Below are positions 29,141 to 40,520 of a stretch of 64,000 bases of DNA, in pieces. A program made the position numbers and the translations under genes. The number at the start of each line of letters is the position of its first letter. Positions within the stretch are counted from its first letter, which is position 1. The DNA is taken from the NCBI GenBank assembly GCA_042408215.1, contig JAYFMW010000020.1:384001-448000 (forward strand), given 5' to 3'. Source of the stretch: Microcoleus sp. GTDB lineage: Bacteria; Cyanobacteriota; Cyanobacteriia; Cyanobacteriales; Microcoleaceae. Under the pieces are notes generated by a model. That model worked only from the letters and a program-made list of their open reading frames with translations, searched no databases and was not told where the DNA came from.

Positions 29141-31987
29141 TTAATGTTTGATTAGTTTGGGGATGGCTTCTAAAAGTTGGGTTTCGCTGTAAGGTTTGGT
29201 GAAATATTGATTGGCTCCTAATTCCATCGCCATTTGCCGGTGTTTTGCGCCGCTGCGGGAGGTCAGCATGGCTACGGGAATCTTAGCAAACCGCTGGGTC
29301 GATCGGATCGATCGCAACAAGTCAAATCCATCCATCCGCGGCATTTCAATATCCACAATTGCCAAACTGCAATCGAGACCGTTTTGCAACTTTTCGAGGG
29401 CATCCATGCCGTCTTTCGCCTGCACCACTCGGTAGCGAGCCCTAGTCAGCGTCAGAGACAGCAATTGACGAATAGTATAGGAATCGTCCACCACTAAAAT
29501 CAGGGGTGTCTGACTTGAACTCGTTGGTAAATGGGACGCTTTACCGGACACAGGGGCGATCGAACTATTTCCTAAAGGTTGACCCACCAAATCATCCACA
29601 TCCAAAATTGTCACGACTCGGCCGTCCCCCAAAATCGTACTCCCCAAAACCCCGCGAGGCTTAGACAGAGGTGGCGGCAAGGGTTTTACCACAATTTCCT
29701 GCTGGCCGATCAATCGTTCCACGGCCACCGCCAGCATTCCTTCGCTAGAAGCCAACACCAGCACCGGAATGTGGTCTTGGGTCAAAGGGTCAGGAGAGGG
29801 GGCATCCGGCCCCAAAACGCTGTAGTCGAGCAAATCTTGGAGTCGCACCAAACGAATAAATTCGTCCCGCCACCACAGCATCGGCTGATTGCCGGCGGTG
29901 TGCACATCCGAGGCTTTGATGTGGAGAATTTCCTCGACTGCATCCAGTGGCACTGCTATTTTATTGCGATCGGTCTTCACCATCAAGGCGTCGGTAATCG
30001 AAAGTAACAGCGGCAGTTTGAGGATAAAACTCGTACCCTTTCCTAGGCGAGAGTCCACCTTCACAGTTCCGCGCACCGTTCGCAAATTTGCCCGTACCAC
30101 GTCGAGACCGACTCCCCGCCCTGAAAGGTTGCTCACTTCCTCGACTGTGCTGAAACCAGGCAAAAATAGAAAATCGTAGAGTTCGGCAATGGAAAAGTCT
30201 TGGGCGTGTTCCTCGGTTGCTAAACCTTTTTTGACAACTTGGCGGCGAATGATTTCCGGGTCAATGCCTTTACCGTCATCGGCGACAGTGATAATGGTTT
30301 GGCCGCCTTGGTGGCGGGCTTCTATTTCTATTTGACCGCTTGGTGGCTTGCCGCTGGCTTGCCGAACTTCGGGCATTTCGATGCCGTGGTCGAAAGCGTT
30401 TCTGACTAGGTGTACTAAGGGGTCGCGCAAGGCGTCGAGCAAACTTTCGTCAATTTTGGTATCGCGTCCCAACAGCAGCAGGTTGATATCTTTATCGTAT
30501 GTGAGACACATATCCCTGAGCGCCCGCGGCAAGTGATCGACGGCGTGGCTGAAACTGACTACTCGCAACTGCATGACGCGGCTGCGGAGTTGTTCGGTGA
30601 TGCGGCGCAGTTGGTCGATGCTGCGCTCGAATCTGATGGCTAGGGCGTCTAATTTGGTGGCAGAGTGAGCAATTGCTTCGGCGGTGTCGATGACTTCTGA
30701 GGCTGTAGAGTGGAACTCTGTATAACGATCCATCTCTAAGATATCAAAGTGAGCATGGGCCTGAGAGGATTTGATGTGAGAAATAATTGGGAATTCTGTT
30801 TCTGGTTCTGAAGGTTTCCCGATTCCTGGGTTGCCATTTCCTACCATCCAGTCTCCAAAACTCAGTCTGTCATATTCTGATCGCAACTGGCCGCCGAATT
30901 GGTTCAAATCGACGATACTGCGACGGATGCGCTTGACTTCGCTGCGGAGTTCGGATTCTTGAAGTTCTAAGTTGGTGCGGTTGATGACTAATTCGCCGAC
31001 TAGATTGACTAATTCTGTTAAGCGTTCTAAGTCTACTCGGATGGTTTGTCGCTGTGGGTTGGGGACTGGGGATTGAGGAGATATGGGGGAGGGGGAATAG
31101 TTTTGAGTTTCTGGTAATGAGTTTTGAGTAGGGGGAGTGGGGGAAGTTTCTAAGTCTTCTAAGTCTTTCTCTGGCTGGCTTTCTGACGGGGCTGCGGGGG
31201 GGATTTGGGGGAGGGAGATCGCCTCTCCTGCTAATATTTGCCCTCGGGCATTTTGCAAGTTTTGGGCGATCGCCCAACCCTCGGATTGCAACCGTTCTAG
31301 TGTCAAGTCCTTTGAGTCGATCAAATCTCGGAGGGGTTGGGCAATTTTCCCAAAATCTGGCAATTGCAACATTCCAGCTAAGCCGGAGAGTTGGTAATAA
31401 ACCTGGTTGATTGCGGTGACGCTTTTTGCCAAATCTGTCTCAGAAGCTTGGGAAAGTTCGGTTTCGAGGCGATCGAACACTGGCGGCAATTCGTGTTCAA
31501 AAATCAATTTTAGGGTTTCTGGGGCCGGCGAGGAGCTGATGACCGGAACAGGCGGTGATTCGGGCCGGCCGTACTTCGCCTGGAACTGAGCTTGAATTTG
31601 GGCGATCGCCTCCAAGTTTTCCTGTTGATCGGGAGTGCTGACATCCGAGTGATGAATTGATTCGGTAGTAATCTTTTTGAGAGCATCCACCCCTTGCAGT
31701 AAAACAGTCACAGTTGCCGGTTCCAGGGCCGACAAGTCGGTGCGATCGCGCAAAATGACAAAACAGTCCTCCAGAGTGTGAGCTGCGGCAGACACGTTTG
31801 GAAAGCCCAACATCGAACCGGCACCTTTGATGGAGTGAGCCGCCCGAAACATTTCTTTAACCAAGGTCGATCGCTCTTTTAAGTCAGCAGATTCCATCCC
31901 CAACAAGTTTCTTTCCATTGATAGGAGAAACTCTTGGGTTTCTGCGGTGAAAGCATCTATTAATTGGTTTAAATCATCGCTATTCAT
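29141..31987 (-). CDS. cheA: Hybrid chemotaxis kinase (Hpt-dimer-HATPase-CheW-REC)
   Basis: AHSIKG, HLVRNAFDHGIE, SGRGVGLDVV, C-terminal receiver DIEMP. Confidence 0.95.
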   Translation of the reverse strand: MNSDDLNQLIDAFTAETQEFLLSMERNLLGMESADLKERSTLVKEMFRAAHSIKGAGSMLGFPNVSAAAHTLEDCFVILRDRTDLSALEPATVTVLLQGVDALKKITTESIHHSDVSTPDQQENLEAIAQIQAQFQAKYGRPESPPVPVISSSPAPETLKLIFEHELPPVFDRLETELSQASETDLAKSVTAINQVYYQLSGLAGMLQLPDFGKIAQPLRDLIDSKDLTLERLQSEGWAIAQNLQNARGQILAGEAISLPQIPPAAPSESQPEKDLEDLETSPTPPTQNSLPETQNYSPSPISPQSPVPNPQRQTIRVDLERLTELVNLVGELVINRTNLELQESELRSEVKRIRRSIVDLNQFGGQLRSEYDRLSFGDWMVGNGNPGIGKPSEPETEFPIISHIKSSQAHAHFDILEMDRYTEFHSTASEVIDTAEAIAHSATKLDALAIRFERSIDQLRRITEQLRSRVMQLRVVSFSHAVDHLPRALRDMCLTYDKDINLLLLGRDTKIDESLLDALRDPLVHLVRNAFDHGIEMPEVRQASGKPPSGQIEIEARHQGGQTIITVADDGKGIDPEIIRRQVVKKGLATEEHAQDFSIAELYDFLFLPGFSTVEEVSNLSGRGVGLDVVRANLRTVRGTVKVDSRLGKGTSFILKLPLLLSITDALMVKTDRNKIAVPLDAVEEILHIKASDVHTAGNQPMLWWRDEFIRLVRLQDLLDYSVLGPDAPSPDPLTQDHIPVLVLASSEGMLAVAVERLIGQQEIVVKPLPPPLSKPRGVLGSTILGDGRVVTILDVDDLVGQPLGNSSIAPVSGKASHLPTSSSQTPLILVVDDSYTIRQLLSLTLTRARYRVVQAKDGMDALEKLQNGLDCSLAIVDIEMPRMDGFDLLRSIRSTQRFAKIPVAMLTSRSGAKHRQMAMELGANQYFTKPYSETQLLEAIPKLIKH

Positions 31988-32113
31988 ATTAGTATGTTGA
32001 CAGTTGGCAGTTGGCAGTTGGCAGTTGGCAGTTGGCAGTTGGCAGTTAACAGTTGGCAGTTAACAGTTGACAGTTGGCAGTTGACAGTTAACCATCAGGA
32101 CACTCCAAAAGCC

Positions 32114-32334
32114 CATTGGTGTCAACTTAACGTCAAACGTAGTACCTGTCTGCTGTTTGAACATTAAAGCCCGATCCCCCCGCATTCTTGCCCCCTACTC
32201 AACCCCTACTCCCCTTAAGAAGGGGGGGACAGGAGTCCGATCAAAGTCCCCCTTCTTAAGGGGGATTTAGGGGGATCTAGACTCGGATAAAAACGAGATT
32301 TCTCAAGGGTTTTAGTCTTAAGTTGACACCAATG
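32114..32334. mobile_element. MITE with 17 bp perfect TIR within STRR arrays
   Basis: CATTGGTGTCAACTTAA / TTAAGTTGACACCAATG; carries the CCCC-TTAA-GGGG hairpin. Confidence 0.8.
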
Positions 32335-32382
32335 GGTTCCTGGAGTGTCCGACCTTGCTGACAGTCAACTGTCAACCGTCAA

Positions 32383-35300
32383 CTAACTCCTAAAATTCGC
32401 CACTGATTTTTTCAATTTGCCAACAGAACCAGATAAATCATCAAGCGATGCTTTTACATCCGAACCTTTTTGTGCAGTTGTATTCGCAATCTCGTTTACT
32501 TGCTGCATACTGCTAGAAATTTCCTCAGCCGAAACAGTTTGCTTCGCGGCAGCCCGGGTAATGTTCTGCACCAAAGAATTCATTTCCCGGCTGACTTGAA
32601 TAATAGCATTCAGGTGAGTTTTAGCTTCGCTGGCGAGCCTAGTACCTTCGACAACTTCTTGCGTCCCCGATTCCATTGCTTTCATCACACGGCTGATTTC
32701 TTCTTGAATTGTACCGACAATTTCGGAGATTTCCTCGGTAGCGCCGGCTGACCTTTCTGCTAATTTCCGCACTTCTTCGGCGACAACGGCAAAACCTAAA
32801 CCTTGTTCGCCGGCACGGGCGGCTTCAATGGTAGCATTGAGAGCTAACAAATTAGTTTGGGAAGCAAGTTGAGAAATCGAAGTCACAATTTTGCCAATTT
32901 GTTGGGAAGACTCGCCCAAACGTTTCATCATTTTTGAGGTAGAGGCGATCGTCAATCGCAGTTCGTTAATACCTTCGACAGCTCGATCGACCGCCATACC
33001 GCCGACTTCCGCCTTGTGAGAAGACTGCTGAGCCACTGTTTCAGCCCGCACCGAAACATCTCGCACGTCGCGAATCGAATTCACAATTCGATCGATTTCT
33101 CGCATGATGGCAGATATTTTTACTGCTTGAACTTCAGCTTGTTCGGTAAGTTGGCTGGTGTTGTTAATTGACTCACCGGTAGCAGATGTTACCTGCTCTG
33201 CCAAAGTTTGAATTCCGGTTACCACCTTCCGCAGAGAACCGATTAGGAAGTTGAAAGAATCGGCAACAGCACCTAAAACGTCGTTAGTAACTTCAGCTCT
33301 GACAGTCAAATCGCCTTGAGCCGCGCCTTTAATTTCTCCCAACAATTTGAGGACTTGCTGGGTCATCGAATCAGCTTCTGCTTTCCGTTCTGCTGCGAGT
33401 TTTTCTAGCCTTTCTTCTGCCTCTTTGCGCTCGGTGATGTCAAAGCGGATGGCGATATATTTAACGATTTTGCCGCTGGTGCCAAAAATCGGGGCTATCG
33501 TCGAATCTACCCAGTAAAAAGAGCCGTCTTTGCGCCGATTTTTGATTTCGCCTTTCCACACCAAGCCGCGAGAAATTGTCATCCACATTTCTTGAAAAAA
33601 TGATTTGGGGTGATAGCCGGAATTGACTATCCGGTGGTCGCGGTTCAGGATTTCTCCGATGCTGTAACCAGAGATTTGGGTGAATCTTTCATTGACGTAG
33701 GTAATCGTTCCTTTGAAGTCTGTTTCGCTGACAATCGCAGCTTCGTCAAGAGCATTTTGCCGCGTTTTGAGTTCTTGCAGCAAGCCTTCTTGTTCCTCGG
33801 CTAACTGCTGCATTCGCTTGGTAGATGCTCTTTCTTCGGTGATGTTGCGGCAGACAACTACGCCGCCTTTGAGGACGCCGGTTTGGTCTTTGAGCGGTCT
33901 GCCGTTAATTTTGAGCCACAGGCCCAGAGGCTTGCCTGCGTGGCGGGTGAAAAGCTCTATGTTGTCAACTGCTTCTCCTCGAATTGCCCGCGTTAAGGGG
34001 ATGTCGGCTGGGGGATAAGGGGTGACTGCATCGGGCAAAAATAGACCGTATTTTGCCGACCACTCGTCGGGAAGAGTATCTGTTGCACCCAAACCAAACA
34101 TATCTTGAGCTGCGGGGTTAAATAGGAGAAAATTGCCCTTTTCATCGGCCGCAATTACGCCATCGGCGATGCTGTCAATTAGCAGTTGTAACAGAGAGCT
34201 TTGCTGTCGCAGTTCGGATTCGGAACGGGCTAATTGTGATGTTGTTTCTTGTAATTGAGTAATTGCCTGTTTGCTTTCGGTAACGTCGCGAGCCACTGCA
34301 TACAAGATGTTTTCTTCGAGCAAAGGTCGCGCTTTCCATGACAGCCACTTGTAGGAACCGTCTTTGCAGCGGTAGCGATTTTCAAAAGCGATTGTTTCGA
34401 TGCCGCTGCATGATTGGCCGGTTTCGGCTGCGGTTTGTTCGCGATCGTCTGGATGGACGAAATTGATAAAAGGTTGGTCTTGCAGTTCTTCTAGGCTGTA
34501 GCCGAGGGTTGTTACCCAAGCGGGATTGACGCGCTTGAATTTGCCTTCAAAATCGGCTATGCAGAGCAAGTCGAGGGAAAGGGTGAAAAATCGATCGCGC
34601 TCTTCTTCGGCTTGTTTGCGATCGGTAATTTCTATTGCTACTCCGCCGACGCCGATGGGTTTGCCGTTCTCTCCAGGCAAAGGAAAGTAAGATGACAGCC
34701 AATACCGCAGTACGCCCGGTAGATTGAGGGTTGTACCCGACACTTCAATGTTTAAAATCGGCTCGTTCCTAGTCAGAACGCGCTCTAAGATCGGCTCTAG
34801 GGTATCGCTCATTTCTGGTATAACTTCCCTAACCGTCTTCCCGAGGTGTTCGGCAACTGAGGGCCCGGTGGTTTCGACCATTTTTTCGTTGACTTGCACG
34901 AAACGCAAATGGTCGTCAAAGATAAACATTGAGGCTGGGGCGGCTGCAAAAAATGCGTCAAAGCGGGCTTGACGCAAAGCGAGTTCTCGTTCTAGGTGTT
35001 TGCGCTCGCTGATGTCGCGGCCTTCGGCGAGTATTTGAAATACTTCCCCTGCTTGATTTAATAGGGGCTTAAACGATAGATCAATTACTATCACCTGGTT
35101 ATTGACTCCGGTGATTTCGTATTCTGAGCGGACAAATTTGCCGGCGGAGACTTGTTGAATGTTAGTTTTTAGCTGTTGCTGGTTAGTTGGGGATGAGGCC
35201 CACCAGGGTGTCTGCCAAAATTTCCGCCCCAGCACCTCTGACGGTTGGAAATCGCCCAAGGACAGCGCTGTTTGATTGGCTTCGATCAGAGTACCGTCGG

Positions 35301-35757
35301 GCTCCAATAGCGCTATTAATTGAAAAGCTCGATCGAAGATTGCCTGGAATCGCTGAGTAGTTTCGCTGAGGGCTTGTTCTGTTTCTTTTTTAGATTGAAG
35401 AATTTGGGTGGAACCTACTAAGAATTCGTAGCGGTTGGAGAGGCTTAAAAAGGCGATCGCCGGAATTACAGTAATCCAATCGGACAGAGTTTGCAACACT
35501 GGGGAGTGTGGCAATCCTAAGTATTCTGCTGCGTGCCCGCCGTGCCCGAAGGCACAACTCCAAAATAGGCCGGCTGTGACTGTGGCGAAGATGTCGAACC
35601 TCGGACGGCTTCGCCACAAACCTAAGCTAATTAGTGAGGCGATCGCCAAGTAACAGAAAGAAATGATGCAATTAGCTACCCCAAGCAGTAGCGGTTGGGA
35701 GATGTCAGGTAATGTTAGGGTGAAAGTTGTTGCGAGAAAGTAATAGACAAGTTTCAT
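32383..35757 (-). CDS. Methyl-accepting chemotaxis protein with N-terminal membrane domain and multiple PAS domains
   Basis: [34 protein letters not shown]; about 5 PAS repeats; HAMP-like GDLTVRA. Confidence 0.93.
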   Translation of the reverse strand: MKLVYYFLATTFTLTLPDISQPLLLGVANCIISFCYLAIASLISLGLWRSRPRFDIFATVTAGLFWSCAFGHGGHAAEYLGLPHSPVLQTLSDWITVIPAIAFLSLSNRYEFLVGSTQILQSKKETEQALSETTQRFQAIFDRAFQLIALLEPDGTLIEANQTALSLGDFQPSEVLGRKFWQTPWWASSPTNQQQLKTNIQQVSAGKFVRSEYEITGVNNQVIVIDLSFKPLLNQAGEVFQILAEGRDISERKHLERELALRQARFDAFFAAAPASMFIFDDHLRFVQVNEKMVETTGPSVAEHLGKTVREVIPEMSDTLEPILERVLTRNEPILNIEVSGTTLNLPGVLRYWLSSYFPLPGENGKPIGVGGVAIEITDRKQAEEERDRFFTLSLDLLCIADFEGKFKRVNPAWVTTLGYSLEELQDQPFINFVHPDDREQTAAETGQSCSGIETIAFENRYRCKDGSYKWLSWKARPLLEENILYAVARDVTESKQAITQLQETTSQLARSESELRQQSSLLQLLIDSIADGVIAADEKGNFLLFNPAAQDMFGLGATDTLPDEWSAKYGLFLPDAVTPYPPADIPLTRAIRGEAVDNIELFTRHAGKPLGLWLKINGRPLKDQTGVLKGGVVVCRNITEERASTKRMQQLAEEQEGLLQELKTRQNALDEAAIVSETDFKGTITYVNERFTQISGYSIGEILNRDHRIVNSGYHPKSFFQEMWMTISRGLVWKGEIKNRRKDGSFYWVDSTIAPIFGTSGKIVKYIAIRFDITERKEAEERLEKLAAERKAEADSMTQQVLKLLGEIKGAAQGDLTVRAEVTNDVLGAVADSFNFLIGSLRKVVTGIQTLAEQVTSATGESINNTSQLTEQAEVQAVKISAIMREIDRIVNSIRDVRDVSVRAETVAQQSSHKAEVGGMAVDRAVEGINELRLTIASTSKMMKRLGESSQQIGKIVTSISQLASQTNLLALNATIEAARAGEQGLGFAVVAEEVRKLAERSAGATEEISEIVGTIQEEISRVMKAMESGTQEVVEGTRLASEAKTHLNAIIQVSREMNSLVQNITRAAAKQTVSAEEISSSMQQVNEIANTTAQKGSDVKASLDDLSGSVGKLKKSVANFRS

Positions 35758-35862
35758 AGTAAAATTGATAATTGGCAAATCGAATCCGGGCGATCGTGAC
35801 TGCAACTTTTTGAGGGCGACAAAAAGTTAGTAAATGTACTCGTAACTCCCCATTCTCTATTT

Positions 35863-36363
35863 TTACCAGCGTTCGGAATGGGCGATCGCTTCTACATCGA
35901 CAATCATTAGCAAGCGTCCATCACAATTGTACAGACCTTTTAAAAATGGAGCGAGATCGGGACTGACATCTATTGCGGAGACAATGCGATCGGGATTTAG
36001 AGGTAAAACTCCTTCGACGCGGGAGACAGCCAATCCCATCCGCATTCTCGACAATCTCACATCTCGCGGATCAGGCGCTTCCACCACTAAGATGCGACTG
36101 CTGGGATGGTGGGTGTCCACAGGTTCGATACCTGTGAAGCGCCCGAAGTCTGCTGCTGCTAAAATTTCGCCCCGCAAGTTAGTTAATCCCAGCAAAAATG
36201 GCTGGGTATTCGGCACCGGCGAAATCGGTTGTTCCTTGAGGGAAAGCACTTCCCGCACTGCATCTAACTCTAGGCCAAAAAGACTGCTTCCTTGACCGAA
36301 GACGAGGAATTGCTTTGTTTCACTTGTCTGAGTTGCCGTACTGGTGGCTGCGGTTGCTTTCAT
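35863..36363 (-). CDS. cheW: CheW adaptor
   Basis: VPNTQPFLLGLTNLRGEI. Confidence 0.9.
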   Translation of the reverse strand: MKATAATSTATQTSETKQFLVFGQGSSLFGLELDAVREVLSLKEQPISPVPNTQPFLLGLTNLRGEILAAADFGRFTGIEPVDTHHPSSRILVVEAPDPRDVRLSRMRMGLAVSRVEGVLPLNPDRIVSAIDVSPDLAPFLKGLYNCDGRLLMIVDVEAIAHSERW

Positions 36364-36434
36364 GAATTATTTTTAGGAGTTTTCGCGGTATGATGTTTTT
36401 TCATTGGCGGCTCTGAGAACACTTGATATTTGCT

Positions 36435-36800
36435 TTATGCTGATAGCAAACGCTGTACGATGTTGACGAGTTGCTGCGCTGCAAAGGGCTTGCTGACGTA
36501 AGCATCGGCTCCTAAATCGGTTCCCCAAGCTCGATCGATCTCGGTGCTTTTGTGAGTACAAAATACTACTGGCAAGTGTGCGGTTTTGCGATCGCCCCGT
36601 AATTCTCCGATCACTTCAAATCCGTTCATTCGGGGCATCACTACATCTAAAACGACGAGATCCGGAGGAGTTTTTCGGATCAGGGCGATCGCTTCTTCGC
36701 CATCAATAGCCCGCATCACCTTGATGCCCGCATCTTGAAGAATCCGACAGATGATTTCCAGTTCGCTGGGAACGTCGTCTACTACTAAAACTGTGGACAT
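36435..36800 (-). CDS. CheY/PilH-like single-domain response regulator
   Basis: VLVVDD, LDVVMP, KPF. Confidence 0.92.
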   Translation of the reverse strand: MSTVLVVDDVPSELEIICRILQDAGIKVMRAIDGEEAIALIRKTPPDLVVLDVVMPRMNGFEVIGELRGDRKTAHLPVVFCTHKSTEIDRAWGTDLGADAYVSKPFAAQQLVNIVQRLLSA

Positions 36801-37142
36801 ACTTACTGAATTCCTTGCGATTATTGACCGAGATCATTTGGCTCCAAAAGTGAAGCCATTGGCTGTTAGTCTAGACCGCTTTGCGAACAAATTAACATAG
36901 CTTGTAAATACAATATAGCTGATTTTAGTTGTGAGTTTTGATCTGGGGGGAGAATAGAACCTGGGGAATTGGGCTCTAGCGTTGCTCCGGGATGGGGCCT
37001 AGGGCCTAGGGGATGAACACAATTTTAGATGGGAAATTTTAGATTGATTAGTAATTTTCATCTAAAATCGCATTGGGATGAGTTGACAGCCGAACTTTGA
37101 TAGGATAATACATATTCATCAAAGCTTTCAAACAAGGTACTT

Positions 37143-38003
37143 ATGCTCGCATCAACTAGCGAATTGTTACACACTGCCCGGAGAAACGCTTATGCGATCG
37201 GTGCTTTTAACGTCTACAACCTCGAAGGAGTAAAAGCCGTCATCGATGCCGCAGAAGCCCTTCAAAGCCCAGCCATGCTGCAACTTCACCCCAGCGCCCT
37301 CAAATATGGAAAATCTCCTTTAGTAGCACTTTGCATGGAAGCAGCGCGCAAATCTTTAGTGCCGATTGCTGTTCACTTAGATCACAGCACCTCCACCAAA
37401 GATATTGATTTAGCCCTCGCAGCAGGGATCAAATCAATTATGGCAGATGGTTCGCATTTACCCTACGAAGGCAACTTAAAATTTACCCGCGAAATGACTC
37501 AATTATCCCACGCTAACGGTGCTGTTGTCGAAGCAGAAATCGGCAGAATTAGCGGCACAGAAGATGGTTTGACCATCGCCGAAAAAGAAGCAAAAATGAC
37601 CGACCCAATCCAAGCAATTGAATTTGTAAAAGAAACTCAAGTCGATGCTTTGGCTGTTACAATTGGCAACGTTCACGGCAAATATCTCAGCGAACCGAGA
37701 CTCGATTTTCCGCGTTTGGCAAAAATACGCGATGCAGTAGCAGTGCCGCTGGTTCTTCACGGTGCTAGCGGTTTGCCGGAAACAATGATTAGTCAATCTA
37801 TTAAACTAGGAGTAGCTAAATTTAATGTCAATACGGAAGTTCGCGAAGCTTATATGGATGTGTTAAAAACTACCGCTTCTTTGTCAGATCCAGATTTGTT
37901 GGAAGTGATGGAAAAAGCAATTGATGCAATGGGAATGGTAATTTCCGAAAAACTGCAACTTTTCGGCTCGGCTGGTAAAGCTTATTTGCACCAATCTCCC
38001 TAG
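37143..38003 (+). CDS. Class II ketose-bisphosphate aldolase (short type)
   Basis: GAFNVYNLE, HLDH, GNVHG, LVLHGASG, KFNVNT. Confidence 0.9.
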   Translation: MLASTSELLHTARRNAYAIGAFNVYNLEGVKAVIDAAEALQSPAMLQLHPSALKYGKSPLVALCMEAARKSLVPIAVHLDHSTSTKDIDLALAAGIKSIMADGSHLPYEGNLKFTREMTQLSHANGAVVEAEIGRISGTEDGLTIAEKEAKMTDPIQAIEFVKETQVDALAVTIGNVHGKYLSEPRLDFPRLAKIRDAVAVPLVLHGASGLPETMISQSIKLGVAKFNVNTEVREAYMDVLKTTASLSDPDLLEVMEKAIDAMGMVISEKLQLFGSAGKAYLHQSP

Positions 38004-38278
38004 GCTGAAATATTGACCGTCAACGGTGTCAACGGCAAAAAAGCTTCAACTTCACAAGTTGCTGTCAAATAACCACTCAGGACTAACCAATAGCTGGCAA
38101 ATTGAGGTAATCTAAGTAAGTGGGTACAAACTGAGAGCAGGCACCATTGTCAATAAGCCTTTCAGCGGCGGGCTCTCGTGCCCACCCCACAAGAAATAAA
38201 TTTTATTGTGGAACAGGCCGAAAAGCCTGTTGCTGACATTGTTATTAATCATTAGCAATTTCATTTCCGACGCCGACT

Positions 38279-40474
38279 ATGCTCAACATTCCTCAACTCA
38301 TTGCTCAAGAACTTTCCGTCCATCTCTCTCAAGTCAATAATGCTCTGGAACTTTTCGCCGAAGGAGCAACAATTCCGTTTATTGCTCGGTATCGTAAAGA
38401 ACGTACTGATTCTCTGAACGAAATTCATTTGCGTGATATCTCCGATCGCTTCACCTACCTCACGGAAATCGAAGCACGAAAAACCACAATTTTAGAGACT
38501 ATTTCCTCTCTAGGTAAACTTACCGAAGAACTGCAAGCAAAAATCGAATCCTGTTTGCAAAAAACTGAACTAGAAGATCTTTACTTACCTTACAAACCCA
38601 AGCGGCGCACGCGAGCAACAATTGCTAGAGAAAAAGGTTTAGAACCCCTCGCAGAATTCATCAAATCCCTGAACCAACCCTCATCTCAACCAGTACCTCT
38701 CGAAGCAGAAGCAGCCAAATATATTTCTGAAGAAAAGGGAGTCAAAACACCGGAAGAAGCTCTCAAAGGTGCTGGGGATATTTTAGCAGAATCTGTATCT
38801 GAAAAAGCAGAACGGCGGGCCGATCTGCGAGATTTTTTGATGACAACAGCAGTGTTTATATCTAAAATTAAAGATGAGTTTCCAGAGGGAAGTACGAAGT
38901 TTGAAATGTACCGGAGTTATCAAGTTGCTGTGAGAAGCGTTCACTCACATAATATGTTAGCACTATTTCGGGGCGAAAGTGAAGGAATCTTAGATTTAGA
39001 AATCTCCTTTGATGAATCAGCAGTAACGGCTTATTTGGAGTCGGCAGAAATTAGAACTAAGATACCGGAAGTCAAAGATTTTTATCGCTTGATGCTGAAA
39101 GATGCTTTCAATCGGTTGATGAAAACTTCGTTAATTACAGAAGTGCGATCGGACCGAAAAAATGCTGCTGATATTGAGTCAATCAAAACCTTTGAAACTA
39201 ACCTCCGTGAGTTGCTGCTGTCTGCGCCAGCGGGTATGAAACCGACATTAGCAATAGATCCGGGATTTCGGACTGGGTGCAAAGTTTCTGCACTAGATGA
39301 AACCGGGCAATTTTTGGAATATCAAGCAATTTTTCCCCACCAAGCGGCCGGACAAAGACAGCAAGCTGCTACAATTGTCAAGCGTTTAATTGAAAAATAT
39401 AAGATTGAATTAATTGCGATCGGTAATGGTACAGCTTCCCGCGAAACAGAGGAGTTTGTTTCCGAAGTTTTGGCAGAATTAGACAGAAAGCCCATTAAAG
39501 TGATGGTGAATGAATCAGGTGCATCGATTTATTCGGCTAGCGATGTGGCGATCGCCGAATTTCCCGATCTCGACATCACCGTCAGGGGCGCAGTCAGCAT
39601 CGGAAGGCGTTTACAAGATCCTTTAGCCGAACTCGTCAAAATCGACCCCAAATCCATCGGAGTTGGACAATACCAGCACGACGTTGACCAAAAATTGCTC
39701 AAAAAGAAACTAGATGAAACAGTAGAAAGCTGTGTCAACTATGTAGGAGTAGACTTAAACACAGCCTCGAAAGAATTGCTGACATTTGTGTCAGGAATGA
39801 GTCCAACAGTTGCCAAAAATATTGTCAATTACCGCAACGAAAACGGCGCGTTTAAAAATCGTCGCCAACTCCTAAAAGTCCCTAAACTCGGCCCCAAAGC
39901 CTTTGAACAAGCGGCGGGTTTCCTGCGAATTCGCAACGGCGAAAACCTGTTAGATAATACAGCAGTCCATCCAGAAAGTTATGCTGTGGTTCAGGCGATC
40001 GCCAAAGATTTAGACTTACCACTCACGGACGTAACACAAATCGCCGAAAAAGTCAAGACTGTAAACATTAAAAAATATGTCACCGAGCAAGTCGGCGAAC
40101 CCACACTCAGGGACATTATTTCCGAACTAGAAAAACCAGGAAGAGACCCGCGAGCCGAATTTAAATACGCTACTTTTAAAGCAGGAATCAAAGGAATTTC
40201 TGACTTGACAGTTGGGATGGAATTAGAAGGAATAATCACCAACGTAGCTAACTTTGGAGCTTTCGTAGATGTGGGAGTGCACCAAGATGGTTTAGTGCAT
40301 ATTTCTCAATTAGCTGACAGATTTGTAGAAGATCCGAAGCAAATAGTCAAAGTCGGACAAGTTGTGAAAGTCAAAGTGTTAGAAATTAATGAAAAACTGA
40401 AGCGAGTCAGTCTGACGATGAGGTTGCAGGAAAAACAACAAAAGTTCGATCGACCCAGCCCGCGCAAGTATTAA
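38279..40474 (+). CDS. tex: Tex family transcription accessory protein
   Basis: TIPFIARYRKE, IDPGFRTGCK, IGVGQYQHD, C-terminal S1 domain. Confidence 0.95.
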   Translation: MLNIPQLIAQELSVHLSQVNNALELFAEGATIPFIARYRKERTDSLNEIHLRDISDRFTYLTEIEARKTTILETISSLGKLTEELQAKIESCLQKTELEDLYLPYKPKRRTRATIAREKGLEPLAEFIKSLNQPSSQPVPLEAEAAKYISEEKGVKTPEEALKGAGDILAESVSEKAERRADLRDFLMTTAVFISKIKDEFPEGSTKFEMYRSYQVAVRSVHSHNMLALFRGESEGILDLEISFDESAVTAYLESAEIRTKIPEVKDFYRLMLKDAFNRLMKTSLITEVRSDRKNAADIESIKTFETNLRELLLSAPAGMKPTLAIDPGFRTGCKVSALDETGQFLEYQAIFPHQAAGQRQQAATIVKRLIEKYKIELIAIGNGTASRETEEFVSEVLAELDRKPIKVMVNESGASIYSASDVAIAEFPDLDITVRGAVSIGRRLQDPLAELVKIDPKSIGVGQYQHDVDQKLLKKKLDETVESCVNYVGVDLNTASKELLTFVSGMSPTVAKNIVNYRNENGAFKNRRQLLKVPKLGPKAFEQAAGFLRIRNGENLLDNTAVHPESYAVVQAIAKDLDLPLTDVTQIAEKVKTVNIKKYVTEQVGEPTLRDIISELEKPGRDPRAEFKYATFKAGIKGISDLTVGMELEGIITNVANFGAFVDVGVHQDGLVHISQLADRFVEDPKQIVKVGQVVKVKVLEINEKLKRVSLTMRLQEKQQKFDRPSPRKY

Positions 40475-40493
40475 AATCAGGCAGACTCTACTT

Positions 40494-40518
40494 GTAGGGT
40501 GCGCACTGCGCACCTTAC
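40494..40518. repeat. REP palindrome between convergent genes
   Basis: GTAGGGTGCGCA-C-TGCGCACCTTAC. Confidence 0.75.
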
Positions 40519-40520
40519 TA

